From: Sphyrna mokarran
Taxonomy: Eukaryota
Assembly (NCBI GenBank): GCA_024679065.1
Contig: JAGIQG010000009.1
Span: forward strand, 99,324,001-99,388,000
Direction of reading: 5' to 3'
DNA length: 64,000 bases
In this document: positions 12,513-24,590 of the stretch, piece by piece
Numbering within the stretch: the first letter of the stretch is position 1
Layout: each line of letters starts with the position of its first letter
Position numbers and translations under genes: made by a program
Notes under the pieces: generated by a model
The model's database searches: none
What the model was told of the DNA's origin: nothing
The model's input: the letters and a program-made list of their open reading frames with translations, nothing else

Positions 12513-13806
12513 CTAAAATAAATAACAGATATTTGTTCGTCTATTGCATCTGACAACATGGAGTAAATTTTCTCTGATATCCTGCACCGGATTTTTCAAG
12601 CACGGCAAAAACAATCGTCAACACTGTTTGTTAACGATTTCAACATCACTTCCAACTTGAATTATACTTGGTAGTTCAACAGAATGTCAACGGCCTTGAT
12701 GATTTATAACTTCAGCGTTTCGAAATTGAAATGAAATTATTATTTTTTATTTATTGAGGAGTGGATTGACTTTCGATGTTAGTATGCACGAAGTTGACAA
12801 GTTGAAATACCAACACTTTTTATTATGTCCCGCCAATAAATTAGGCACAACTTCCGAAATTCAAACTAGCAGCCGCATCTTTTGCACAAGCTCAAAAGTG
12901 AGCTACGACTTTTGCAGGAGCACGTTCCTTTCATGTGGTCTAAGCAGAGGTACTTTTAACTTTTGTTTGTAGTGTTAAGCTATTGGCATCAGATTTCCCT
13001 GTCGTGAGAAACAATTTCTAGTTTCCTTGTCCATTGACCTTAGCTGTTCCTTGCTTTTTCGCACATTAGAGACCCCAGGAAAATAAAGTTGAATGGGGTG
13101 TAACAAGAGAGTGTATGTACATATGTGGTAAAACAATGATAGCCACTGAAGCTTCTTTCACGTTCTATGTTAGCTTGTCTAAGCGTCCATACAATAATCA
13201 AAATAATAAAATGCATCGCTAAATATTTAGAATGTCCCATTCGATTACAAGGAAAAACTAGCTACAAGGACCAGATATGTATAGGCTTGGAATACCTGCT
13301 CGATGACAACGAGCTTAGTAGTCCAACAGGTTAAATCAATGCGTGGAAAATAACACCAGCAGGCTTAATCTATGTATGGAATATAATGCAGTTAATGATT
13401 TATATTCCGGCAGCGTCTGAGTGAAATCTGGTCAGAAGAAACAGGAAACCACATGCCGCTAATGTTGCCAATTCTCAGATATGTCAAAACGTTTAAAATC
13501 GAAATCATGATTGTAATATTTCCTTTTTTCTAAATAAAACATCTGCGCCGTTTATGCTTTCAGAAAGGCCACGTCTTCTACCAGGCCTCCTGATTAACTC
13601 CCACAGTGAGGCTTAATCACACACCGTTTGTAAAAAGAGCAGAAAAAATCATTCTACATGCATAGCTCATTAAAAGACCACATATTGGAGATGATCAAAT
13701 GGGCTCTATTGTGCTCTGCAACACTATGATTCTGTTCGCTTTGTAAACGTGTTACCGCTCATCTGCAAACATCTCTGATTTTACTTCCACATCATTTTTC
13801 TGTCAC

Positions 13807-13839
13807 CTTCAGTTGTGGATCGCTTTAATCTGTTCAAAT
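13807..13839 (-). CDS. Micro-exon 23 (33 nt): (D)LNRLKRSTTE
   Basis: gattttccttcacag|ATTTGAACAGATTAAAGCGATCCACAACTGAAG|gtgaca. Confidence 0.83.
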
Positions 13840-14949
13840 CTGTGAAGGAAAATCAGTTAGATTTCACAAAGCACAACAAGGACATTTTGAAAACAAAATG
13901 TATATATTTTCTTCCCTTTTTTATGATGGAATGCAAACTTTCACTGTCGTTTATAACTAATTCAAAATTACACATGGATTGATTTTCAGTATTTTCAATT
14001 GGGATCGAAGTTGTAGTCCCATTGGAGAAGCTAGAAGATAACAAACGTTTCCTTCAGTCATTTTACACTGAAAATAGCAATAACTCACAGCGATGACAAA
14101 TTTAAGTTAACAGAGAAAAAGGAAAACTAGATCTGGTGAATAGATTTTGGCTTTAACTTCGTCCGCACCACCTGACGCATGCATTTTTGCGAACTTAAGC
14201 TTCAGACAATGCTGCACCCCATAAAATTAATGATGCACGAAACTGACTTTGATCCTATCGAAAATGTTTCGAATATATATACACCTGAAGGGAGAATGAG
14301 ATTAGCACCTTCGTCAAAATTATAATGTTATACAGGAATTGTGTTTAGCTGTAACTTGCCTGTCTAAGTTTTGTTTTTTAATACAGTATTTGTAGCCACG
14401 TTCAGAAATCTGCAGCTGAATACTTTGCAACAGGTTGTGCATCCTTTCATTGCTGAAATTTTCAAATCGTACAGCCAATGTGTTTTTATCGAATTATGTA
14501 ATGCAAGCCCGGGATTTCTTTTCGTTAATTGCAACGTTGCGGAATATATATGGCATTGAGAACAGCGAGGTAGATTTTCAGCGCAGCTTTTGGCATCAAA
14601 GAGGCCATTTGTACTCAGTAGGTTCTGAACATCGCTTGTTGTAGCCGTTCTTTCTCCGTCCACACCTCGGAGAGAATAAAGTATTGCTCACCTCAGTCTC
14701 ACATTGGCACCTTTCATTCTAAACAATTTAATACATTATGCAACAACACACGAAGTATTGAAAATAAGAAGAACTCAAGCCTTTGCAATATATACGGGGG
14801 TAAGTATATCTATACTAAATATTGTCATCTGTTGTACAACATGTTTAAAACAATTGAAACATAATCCACAATTAAATGAGTAAGTAAGATTCTGAACTAA
14901 AGTAAAAACTACAGAGACATATTAGCTTACTGCGCGTTATAACATTTAC

Positions 14950-14976
14950 CAGCTTCTTTCTCATTAAGTTTCAGTT
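14950..14976 (-). CDS. Micro-exon 22 (27 nt): (E)LKLNEKEA
   Basis: cattttctttaacag|AACTGAAACTTAATGAGAAAGAAGCTG|gtaaat. Confidence 0.87.
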
Positions 14977-15182
14977 CTGTTAAAGAAAATGATTCCAGAA
15001 AAATGTATAAATAACGCATCCGCGCTCATTATCGTAATGAAAACAAAACGAAATAACAAATAAATTGAATCTTGATTAATTGATATCCGGTAAATAAAAA
15101 TAGTAACCGTATTTTAAGGAAGGCAAATGACAACAGAAATATTTCCTCTAGAGCATTATTTCAAATACTGTTATCTCTATAC

Positions 15183-15218
15183 CTGCAACTGAGAGGTTTC
15201 TTTCGGAAATACGGAGTT
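15183..15218 (-). CDS. Micro-exon 21 (36 nt): (E)LRISERNLSVA
   Basis: ggttttttttctcag|AACTCCGTATTTCCGAAAGAAACCTCTCAGTTGCAG|gtatag. Confidence 0.85.
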
Positions 15219-17044
15219 CTGAGAAAAAAAACCGTGGTCATTGAAATGCTTTCCATTTCCAAACAAAATTGCGCATGCTCAAAATGATAAATATTTGTTT
15301 TCTGTTGCAGCACAAGTAATTTATTGGAAGACTATTCAGTATCAATATCAAACTAAGCACTACGGGCTAATCATAAACAATTTTGCTCAAGCATAATGCC
15401 TCAGTTCCACTGTAATTATTAAATGATTACATAACGTATTGAACCAATTTGAGGTGTTTGAAAAAACCCCCATAAATATATGTTTCTTTTTCTTCTCAGG
15501 AAAGGGTCATCGCTACGCCTGCAGCAATCGATATCCCATAGTTAGGTCTTCATTCTGTATCACCTGCAAATTTTCGTCATAACATGTTGATAGAAGAGAG
15601 CGAATCCAGAGTTCAATGGTAGGGAATCCAATCAGCCAATATTTGCATAAAGAACGCGATCGAAGTTCCTAAATGATTTTCGCTGATGCCTGCTGAAGTG
15701 AAAAGTTAATATTGCATCACACTCTTTAAATCAACATTATTATGAAGTTTTCAGTTGCTTGGAGAATAGACAGTCAAAATATATGGATCTGAATAAATAC
15801 AATGTGGTTTCCCTTCTTGAAGGAGCAGCAATAAATCAGCTAGGGCTTCAACCTAATCGCGAAACATTTAAATACATTCTCAGGCATTAGTCGACTATTA
15901 CAAGTTTTGTTTATGTAAAGTAGTGTATTTTCTCATACAAAAGCAGACAATATTGGATAAGCTCAAGCGGTCTGACGGTATCCATGGAGAGAAACAGAGT
16001 TAGTATTTCGAATTTAAATGATCATTCTAAAGAACTGAAGAAACTCACTAACATACAGGAGTATGTAATTGTAAATGGGGCAAAAGAAGTGGGGCAGAAT
16101 AGAAGACCAGGTATAGGTCAGGGTAGAGGAGATGTCATCAAATTTGTCATTGACGTCAAACAAAAGTGGAGTTTCATTGGGGATATTAGGAGATTTTTAG
16201 TGGGGTACACGAGGTGACTGATACTGCCTAAAGATTACCTGATACAATATTACTTGATACGAGGCAGGCATCGCGCTATAAAAATGTATCTTTATTTAAA
16301 GCAGCGGCTACCAAGAGTTCATCAAACGCTTAATAGCTCTGACATAGAGCAGCAAAAGTCCTCCGATGAATCTAACATTTAGTATCTAAAACAGATCAAT
16401 TACAGCTTTTTCTTATCAACCAGTCCTGCCATTCAATAAGTTTAAATTAGTCATTGTCAAGATACACAAATCAAGAATAATACCGGACGAAAACTCTGGC
16501 CAGTCGCATTCTAATCCTCAGCATAACGGTATTTTACTAAAATCCAGAAGCTGGCTCCTGTCTTGGCTGACCCCACAACCTGCTTGCTTAATAGCTGCAG
16601 ACGCTCAGCCCAGACTTCAATAAACATTGTCACACGTTCCCTCTAAGGTCACCATCTAGTCAGACTAATGTCACGATACCATGTTTGAGCGTCCGGACAG
16701 TGAATAAATCCTACCCATGAAGTATGATTAAATATTCTCAGTGTTCTTTCCAGCTGAAACTCTACCAGATAAAAAATTCATATTTCCAAGTCCTACATAT
16801 TCTGTTCAAATATGGCTTTGCCACAATGCCATTTACCATGATGACTTGCAGTGAATTGCGTTTGGCCAAAGCGAATCAATAATAAAACATCGAAAATATC
16901 AGCACATGTGTTTTGCAAACATAATCATTCATTTAAATTAATCACTATATCGCATATGAGCACATTGCTCTTGTTAACTTATTTATCAAGTAACTTAATT
17001 TAATGTTGTCAGTGCCTTAATATTTACTAGATTAAAAATCATAC

Positions 17045-17071
17045 CACCCATTCGAAGCTCGATTTGCAGGA
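17045..17071 (-). CDS. Micro-exon 20 (27 nt, possibly optional): (V)LQIELRMG
   Basis: ttgacactcttcag|TCCTGCAAATCGAGCTTCGAATGGGTG|gtatga; in frame, but it breaks the 27/36 alternation. Confidence 0.55.
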
Positions 17072-17384
17072 CTGAAGAGTGTCAATTGTTGCAAAAGATG
17101 AGGCAGCAGAATTTGATATTGGGAGGAAATGAACGATACGGGAAGGCAGCTAAGTGGAGGAGGGTAGGGTTATACTGGGGTAAGTCAGGGAACTGAAAAC
17201 AAACTGAAAACCAATCACAAAAGAGGAAAGTTGTCTTTATGAAGGGGCAGTTGATTGCCTAAAGATTTTCAACTCAATGTTAAGTCCAGAAGGCTGTAAT
17301 GTGCCTAATTGGAAGGTGACATGCTGTTCTTCCAGCTTGTGTTGAGCATCACTAGAGAATTGCAGCATGCCTCCGAAAGACTGA

Positions 17385-17652
17385 GGGCACCACGGGAGCA
17401 CGGGATAGCACAGCCGCCTCACGTATCTGGTACCCGGGTTCGAATTTTGGTTTGAGTTATTTACATGTGTCTCATTGCTTTCCTCTGGGTGATCTGGTTT
17501 CCTCCTTCAGACATGCTGGCTGAATGTGTTGGCTGCTTTAAATTGTCTCTCAATGTAACCAAGCCGGCACTGGATTGTGGCAACCAGCGGATTTTTACAG
17601 TACGTTCTTTGAACTCTAATGTAAGCCTACTTGTGCTACTAATCAATAAATA
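17385..17652 (+). mobile_element. HE1-head SINE with alternative tail (...aatgtaagcctacttgtg...aataaa)
   Basis: gggcaccacgggagcacgg head, ccgggttcgaa B-box, tail shared with copies at about 31165, 27690, 38085, 52200 and 60500. Confidence 0.7.
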
Positions 17653-17689
17653 AGCGTTAATTGTACATGTCGGCTTGATAGCAAGGTTG

Positions 17690-18085
17690 TTTTTGTTCGT
17701 CCACCGTCTTTGATGAGGACATTGACACCATTAGTTATTTTGAGGCTGGATGCCGGTGTGTCTAAGGATGATTGGTCAGGCCAATTCGGGCACGGAATGT
17801 CCTGGCACATATTGGAAGACTTGTGTAGGCACTGTAGTTGATGCGCTGTTGGTTTTGGACTTGCATAGCTCACACTTAAGTTGTACTTCAACAGTGCACC
17901 TTGCTTCGGAAGCTTGACAGCCTTTGTGAATGAGACAGCGGGGTTTTGTACTAGCGTTTCCCAGGTGGTCGTGTCTATGTTCAGGTGTCCTTGAGTGAGT
18001 CTTTGAAACGTTTCTTCTACTCTTCATGCGAGCTTCCAACAAGGTACAGACTCGAAGTACAGCGACTGGAGGTTTGAGATCTTCT
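17690..18085 (-). mobile_element. RTE-clade LINE, 3' fragment
   Basis: Minus strand across frames gives KKRFKDSLK...LIHKGCQASE...RARIGLTNH, characteristic of the RTE ORF C-terminus. Confidence 0.65.
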
Positions 18086-18794
18086 TGAGGGTGGAGCAAA
18101 ACCAACACTCAGATTAGATTTAGTCCCGCCAATGGAGGAGAGACGATAATGAATGCGGTAAGTACGGAAGACCAATTTGAAGGATGTGCAAATGAAATGC
18201 TGCTTCACCTGGAAGGAGGGAGAAGGTAAATATATAGGTATTGCGCTTATTGCAATTACAGGGGAAGGTGCTGTGTTAAGGGAGTGAAGGATTCCCAATG
18301 ATGGAGTGGACCAGGTTGTCATGGAGGGAATGATTCCTTTAGAGTATTGACTGGAAGGTAGTGATGGTGGCAGGGAGGAGGGCAGAGGAAGGAGGGGGGA
18401 CATGGTAGTGGTTGGGGGAGGCAGGAGACGAGGGAGGGAGATGTGAGTGAGGGTTGCCGACTGGGATAAGTGCAAAATATGATTTTTTTTTGGTGGCAAC
18501 ATAGTGGTTTTGACAAAAATGGCGGAGGAGTTCATCTGCTGTGTTACACCGGCTTTTTTTAAATTTTAGATTTCCAGTACACACAGTATTTTGCTTTTAT
18601 ACTTTTGCTGTAAAATGTTGTCCGCCATTTGTGCTAGATTCTTCCCACAACGGCGAGACATTGCACACGTCTTCCCCAGATGTTTGCTTTATATTAAATG
18701 TTACATAAACAAGATTCAAGCTCCGATTTGCGGAAATCAGTTTTCAACAGTAATAGAAACGGTTTTGTAAAGTGGCATATTTTCAAACGTTTAC

Positions 18795-18821
18795 CCTTTT
18801 CTTTGTCTCTCAGAAGTTTTT
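18795..18821 (-). CDS. Micro-exon 19 (27 nt): (E)KLLRDKEK
   Basis: atctttctcaacag|AAAAACTTCTGAGAGACAAAGAAAAGG|gtaaac; similar to exons 17, 22 and 28. Confidence 0.87.
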
Positions 18822-19517
18822 CTGTTGAGAAAGATGTAAACGGTGGAAGTCCCCAACAGTGTCATTGCTTCATGAACATGCATAAGATTAATGAAATGAT
18901 GCTGCTTTTGATGGAACATTTTGGATTAGTTGCAATGCAGTACCATTGCGTTGCATCCGGCCTTCTTTCTTAGAGTATATGTATGAATTTGTCTGGATTG
19001 GACAACATCGAAATTAACCAATGCATTAATTCAGGACTATATCATTCTGGCCTTCGAGTGAAACGAAGCTACGGTAGAAAATTGCATTGAACATTTTAAA
19101 TGCTTCTACGAGAACAACAATGGTGATGAAAGTGTGCTTCGCTGAAAATGCCTGCATTTGTTTTATTCATCCCCATTTACCATAGAAAAATTCGTGGAAT
19201 GGTACATTCTTGAATAAAAGAGAATAACTAGCAAGACTACTTCAGAAGGGCAGTTAATGATTAACCACTTTTCTAGTCACCCCGTGATACTTATAAAAGG
19301 GAGAATTTCTAAACTAAATGTTGTTTTTACAAACTCTTGCAGTTTCATCGTCCTCGTTGCTCAATTGAATTTAATTTGCTCCAGCTGCCATGGTGACATT
19401 TAAAACTCTAGACCAGAGTCATTAATCAAAGCCTTTAGATTTCAGATAAGTAACTTAACCATTCTGATAAAGCGGTGCTAATGTACTACAAAATGGGTTT
19501 ACCCCATATGCACTTAC

Positions 19518-19553
19518 CACTGTCCTCAAGACTTCGCTTTGCATTTTCATATT
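19518..19553 (-). CDS. Micro-exon 18 (36 nt): (E)YENAKRSLEDS
   Basis: tttcgattcaattcag|AATATGAAAATGCAAAGCGAAGTCTTGAGGACAGTG|gtaagt. Confidence 0.88.
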
Positions 19554-19569
19554 CTGAATTGAATCGAAA

Positions 19570-19870
19570 CAGAACATAAGACCAAAAAAACTAAGAACAG
19601 GATTAGGCCATGTGCCCGTCAAGCCTGTTCCGCCATTCAATAAGTTCATGGCTGATTTTTTCGTGGGCTTACTTACTCGTCTGCTCACAATATCGCTTAG
19701 TTCCATCACTCTTCAAAAATCTATCTATATTTGCCTTAAAATCTTTCAACTAAGTAGCTTTAATTGCTTCACTGAGATGAGATTATACTTAATCATGTGT
19801 GGCGAATTTATACGGCGAAGTTCCTCCTCAAACCCGTCCTAAGTCTGCTCCCCCGTAATTTGAGTTTAAG
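19570..19870 (-). mobile_element. CR1-like LINE, 3' UTR fragment
   Basis: agaacataag...taggccatgtgcccgtcaagcctgttccgccattcaataagttcatggctgat. Confidence 0.65.
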
Positions 19871-21387
19871 CTCGCCCCCTGCCCCTCACCATCACTGATC
19901 TGATTCAGAAAGCCATTGGAAGGTCTGAACGTACCTCTTTAGAAGCTGCAGCGGCCAAAACAGCCCTTTGCCGAGCATGTCTGCTTCGCGCCGAATCTGA
20001 TGCACGAACGCGACAGTAAAGGGGGAAATGTTGGTAATGTTAGACCAGTAGCCCATTAATCCAATTTAAATGCATGCATTTCGGGTGCGGCTCCTTTCGC
20101 GGCCGTTTTCGGACCTTGGTAAAGTGGCCATTTGCACGGATGTGGGCGCGCATCGCGCTAATGGCCTCACGCCTGAAGTTTTCGCGCCCGAAAACGGGAG
20201 TGACGCAATGGTACAACCGGACCTTAAAAGTACTGTTTCAGCAGCAGTTGCGCCGAGGAAAGGGCGGAGTCAGGCGTTGTCATGGAAATGAAAATAAACA
20301 ATATTTATATTGGCTTGGATCCTTGGTTCAAGCTGATCTTTAGGCCGAAAGTATCATCACATTTCTGAAATGTCTGTCTCAGAATGACAATTGGAGGCAG
20401 GGTGATGAAGCTAGGGAGTTATCTGGTTAACAGACACAAGTGAGATAGGAGCCAGCCAACTCAGAAGTATTGGAGGAAAATGGCACAGTAATCAAATAAA
20501 CCACCACTTCAAATTTCTCTCGTCATAATTATTGAAATGACTCTTTAATCTAGAAACGAAATTGCTGAAATGTCAATGAAATGCTCAAAAACGCTATCTT
20601 TCCATTTATTTAGCGACTGAGTAAGAATAGATATTGTTCAAATGCTCATTTGGGGTCCGTTTAGAACATGTAGAATTATTTCAGCTGACATTGATATTAT
20701 ACCGCGTCATTTTTGTACATAACGTAAAACAAATGATCAAGCAATCGATTATACTTTGGACAGCTTTGTTAATTAGTAATTCACCGGTTTTCTGTTGTTG
20801 AATATTTCTCCTTTAATTAACAACTTTCTCCTGAAGGTTGTTAACGGTGGCATATGATTAAATTAGCAACTTGATAAACCACAAGTAGAAAATGTTTTCC
20901 TGAAGGATGGAGATTGGAAAGTCAGTAACAATGTAAGATAATAGAATAATACGTCCATTCACAAAGAAAGGGAGTCAACAACTCTTATTAAATGATCGAG
21001 GTGAAATTTCACATTGGTTTGGAGGTAAATGTAAATGACCCGATCGTAAATTTAATGCTGATTAGTTCATATAATTGGGCATTGATCATACTGATAAAGA
21101 TCTACAAGTGAAATTCATACTGTTTCGTGCCTCTGCGTATATTGTTTTTCACTTCTCCATACTACTGATGACGAAAACTCTTTAGTCTTTTTTCTCTGCT
21201 TTTGAATCAAATGGTTGCCCATCTATGCTGACTTATGTCTATATGAGCGCGCATGTGCTCGAACATGCATCTCATCCCGTTAACAAGAACCTCAGCCGTT
21301 TCAACACTTGCAATGTGGAAAACACCACGTCGCAGAGAAAGGATGACAAGATATCTGAAGAAAGGCTGCGCCTTTACGCCTTCTTAC

Positions 21388-21414
21388 CCTTCTCTTTTTC
21401 TCTGAGCTGTATTT
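21388..21414 (-). CDS. Micro-exon 17 (27 nt): (E)IQLREKEK
   Basis: ttttaattactgatcgcag|AAATACAGCTCAGAGAAAAAGAGAAGG|gtaaga; similar to exon 19. Confidence 0.85.
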
Positions 21415-22477
21415 CTGCGATCAGTAATTAAAACAGCAAAATATTACCTCAGAATACATGTTTTATACAAACTTAGAGCCCTATAATTAGTCAACCAGCC
21501 AGAACACACTCAATTAGATTAAAAAAAAATTCCTGGCTGTACGTTTCAGGTCAACGAGTTGCAATCATAGCCACCAGTTGGCCCTGTATATAATCAATAA
21601 TGTTTGTTTTAAGTTGAGTTATTTTGCAACTGCAATTTTTAACTTATATATTACAAGTGTGAATGTAGGATATAAAGGCTCATAAAACCGCCCAAAGTCG
21701 GAAAATTGATTTAATTTCTTTATTGTGTAAGACTGGTAACCCGAAATTGCAGCTCTTGCTCATTCGTTATATTATTTTTAGAATGCATCCTCTATTTGTT
21801 GATGTTGTAGCTGAAGCTGCCAATAATATAGAAAAATACTTTTTTTCTCCTTGTTGCGACTGATTTTGCCTTTGCAAAACACCCCGAAGCCCTTCGCTTG
21901 TGGGAAACAATATTTGGTAACAATTCTAATGTTCCTGTTTGTTATAAAAATACTCTTTTATTTCGGAACAACCTCCCCACAAACAGCAACAAAAAGAATA
22001 GTCATTTGATACTGCGATCCAGTAATCTGGCTTTAGTTGATAATATTCAACTGTCAATTACATAACGCGATAACTGCATTAAAAATCAACGATTTATAAA
22101 TAACTGTGATGATGCATTGGGCTAAGAGTTTCCAAAATGGTTCCTAAAAGAGCCAACAAGCGTTGAGTAGTTCGCAAACCGCCTTCGTAGTTTCTAATGA
22201 TAGTAGCGAACGTAGACTCAGAAATCATTCTCTATGGTCCTAGACATTCCCACAAGGAGAAACACATCTCAGCCTCTGCTCAGTAAAGTATACAGAGAAT
22301 CCTAAATGCTTCAATATGGTCGCCCTCATTCTTTTGAACTACTGTGAGTCGAGGCACAACCACACCAACCTCTTCTCATAAGAAAATCCATCCATTTCCG
22401 AGATCAACCTGGTGAACCTTCTCTGAACTGTTTCCAATGCATCTTTCCTAAGATAAGGGGTGGCTTATTTGAAAGAA

Positions 22478-22596
22478 ATAATGGTTTAATGGGAATGGTT
22501 TAGTTTGGAGGGGCATTGCTTTTTATTTTGGTCGGCACAACATCGAAGGCCGAAGGGCCTGTTCTGTGCTGTATTGTTCTATGTTCTATGTTCTAT
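22478..22596 (+). mobile_element. Short 3' tail insertion of the young CR1/HER1-like family
   Basis: Near-identical to the reverse complement of 49012-49118; ends in (TGTTCTA)3. Confidence 0.8.
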
Positions 22597-23537
22597 AAAG
22601 TTGACGGGAATGTTTGTTTTTTTAGAGTTTCCTGAGTGCTTGGAACTTTTTTCCTCAAAAGATAGAGTTCATGAATATTTTTAAGGTAGAGCTAGATAGA
22701 TTATTGATTGACGGGGTGAGGTGGTGGGTGGTGGGGTGGTGAATAAAAGGTTATCGGGACTTTGCAGGATTAGTAACGATTTACCTGAGTGGCAGAGCAG
22801 GCTCGAGGAACGAAGTGGCCTACTCTTGCTCCTAATTCGTATGTAAGGGTAGTTGTAGATACAATATCGCTAATGTCATCTAGGGAACACATGTCAAACT
22901 TTTTTCGTTCAACCATTGTCTGATGCAAGAATTTTGTATACAAAGAAACTTGATACTGTATGATATGTTACATGCAATATTTAGCCACAAGCATATTCCA
23001 TTTTATAATGTTAGGTCTTTTTCATTGCTTTCTGATTCGTTGCAATCTTGCCATAGTGTAATTGATCGAAGGTACTTGAGCTCATTGTTACTACCGAATA
23101 ATGTAGGGGGGAGAAAAACAAACCTCCCAGTTCTGGTTTACTGGATGGTATTCAGCAACTATAAATCGGTTGCCGTCTATATGAATCTCAATGTTATATT
23201 TATGTATATAAAGGATGCTTGGCTCATTAAGGTCAGGTGCATTTTTTTCAAATCGACTGCCTGTTTTAATACTTGGGCTAATTGATTTAAATGAAGTGCA
23301 GATAGCCTTAACCGAGGCATTATACATTGGTCACAATAGCCATTCGTGCTACCATTGTGTAATAGTAACCGGGTAATGTAACAGCAGAACACATATTGAA
23401 TCATGGAGCAGTCAAAAACAGTGAACGGATTCTGGTCAATTCAGAGACACTTATTTTCCAATATTTGACAGCAGAAAACATTTCAAAATATTGATTACAT
23501 GCGTATAAATGAAATACGAGGAATCCATTACTCCTAC

Positions 23538-23564
23538 CTAAATTCTCTATTGTTCTCTTTTGTT
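23538..23564 (-). CDS. Micro-exon 16 (27 nt): (E)QKRTIENL
   Basis: atctctttctttag|AACAAAAGAGAACAATAGAGAATTTAG|gtagga. Confidence 0.85.
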
Positions 23565-23756
23565 CTAAAGAAAGAGATAAAATAATTCAACAGAACTACC
23601 GATTGCTTACATTAACAGTGGAAATCTTCTCCTGAACCCATTCTCCAATCGTGCTGAAAACATGTTTACTTCGGAAAGGATGTTCGGAACAGAGTGCATC
23701 CTACGTTTTACAGAAGCCTCTTTATTACCTTTCAAACCTGGATCAGACGATAAGTG

Positions 23757-24285
23757 ATGTAGAGATGCCGGCATTGGACTGTGGTAAACTCTGTAAGAGT
23801 CTGACAACACCAATTTTAAATTCAACCGATTTATTTGACAGTAAATCTGCAAGCTTTCGGCCTTTGTAACCTTCACAACACACAACAGCGCAGAGTCGCT
23901 GAGCAGAGACTGATAGCCAAGTTCCGCACACATGAGGACAGTCTTAACAGGGATCTTGGCTTTCTATCTGTAACACCTATGACTTGCCTGGGTTAGCAAA
24001 AAAACCTCACTTACTGTGCTGTCTGGAGACAATACACATCCCTCTAACCTGTGCTCAATATTCCTCCCACCCACATTGTTAACCACTTTAAGACTTGAAT
24101 AGCAGGTTAGGTGTGAGGATTCACATTCTAATCAGCAATCTGTAAACTGTCTGTGCTGATATGTGTGCTTTTAGAGACCAGAACATCTCATTCGCCTGAC
24201 GAAGGCTACAAAGGCCGAAAGCTTGCAGATTTACTATCAAATAAATCGGTTGGATTTAAAATTGGTGTTGTCAGACTCTTACTAA
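23757..24285. mobile_element. Penelope-like element remnant with inverted terminal arms of about 82 bp
   Basis: 23793-23874 is the reverse complement of 24201-24282 with few mismatches; ORFs on both strands translate the same EGYKGRKLADLLSNKSV peptide. Confidence 0.75.
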
Positions 24286-24590
24286 GTTCAGACCATAAAT
24301 GGCAGAATGTACTCTCCAAGTTTGTACATTATGAGTAATTCCAAAGGTTGGACCTGTAGTGAACTAACTGCCTCAGCTTGAAGAAAAAGAACACAGGGTT
24401 AGTTCAATGTAAAATAACTAGGCTTGTTTAAAATTTCAGAGCTCATTGAAGTCACACTTGGTTTTAATTTCTATATTTGTCTATGTCCGCATCACATTTC
24501 TTTGTGGAAATGTATGCACATCCTTTAATCAGTAATACAGCCCTTGCCTTGCCGTCCCGGTGAGCTATCTCCGTTAATGCTTCTACTCAA

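Larger units (their letters stand above)
17237..18460 (-). mobile_element. Penelope-like element (GIY-YIG C-terminal region) split by nested insertions
   Basis: 18017..18535 ORF contains FQVKQHFICTSFKLV...IGGTKSNL; 17237..17422 ORF contains SSDAQHKLEEQHVTFQLGTLQPSGLNIE, the typical end of fish/shark Penelope ORFs. Confidence 0.7.

Noticed and set aside
14052-14072. 21-nt unit after a good acceptor (ctattttcag)
   Set aside because: Two stops in phase 1 and a poor donor.
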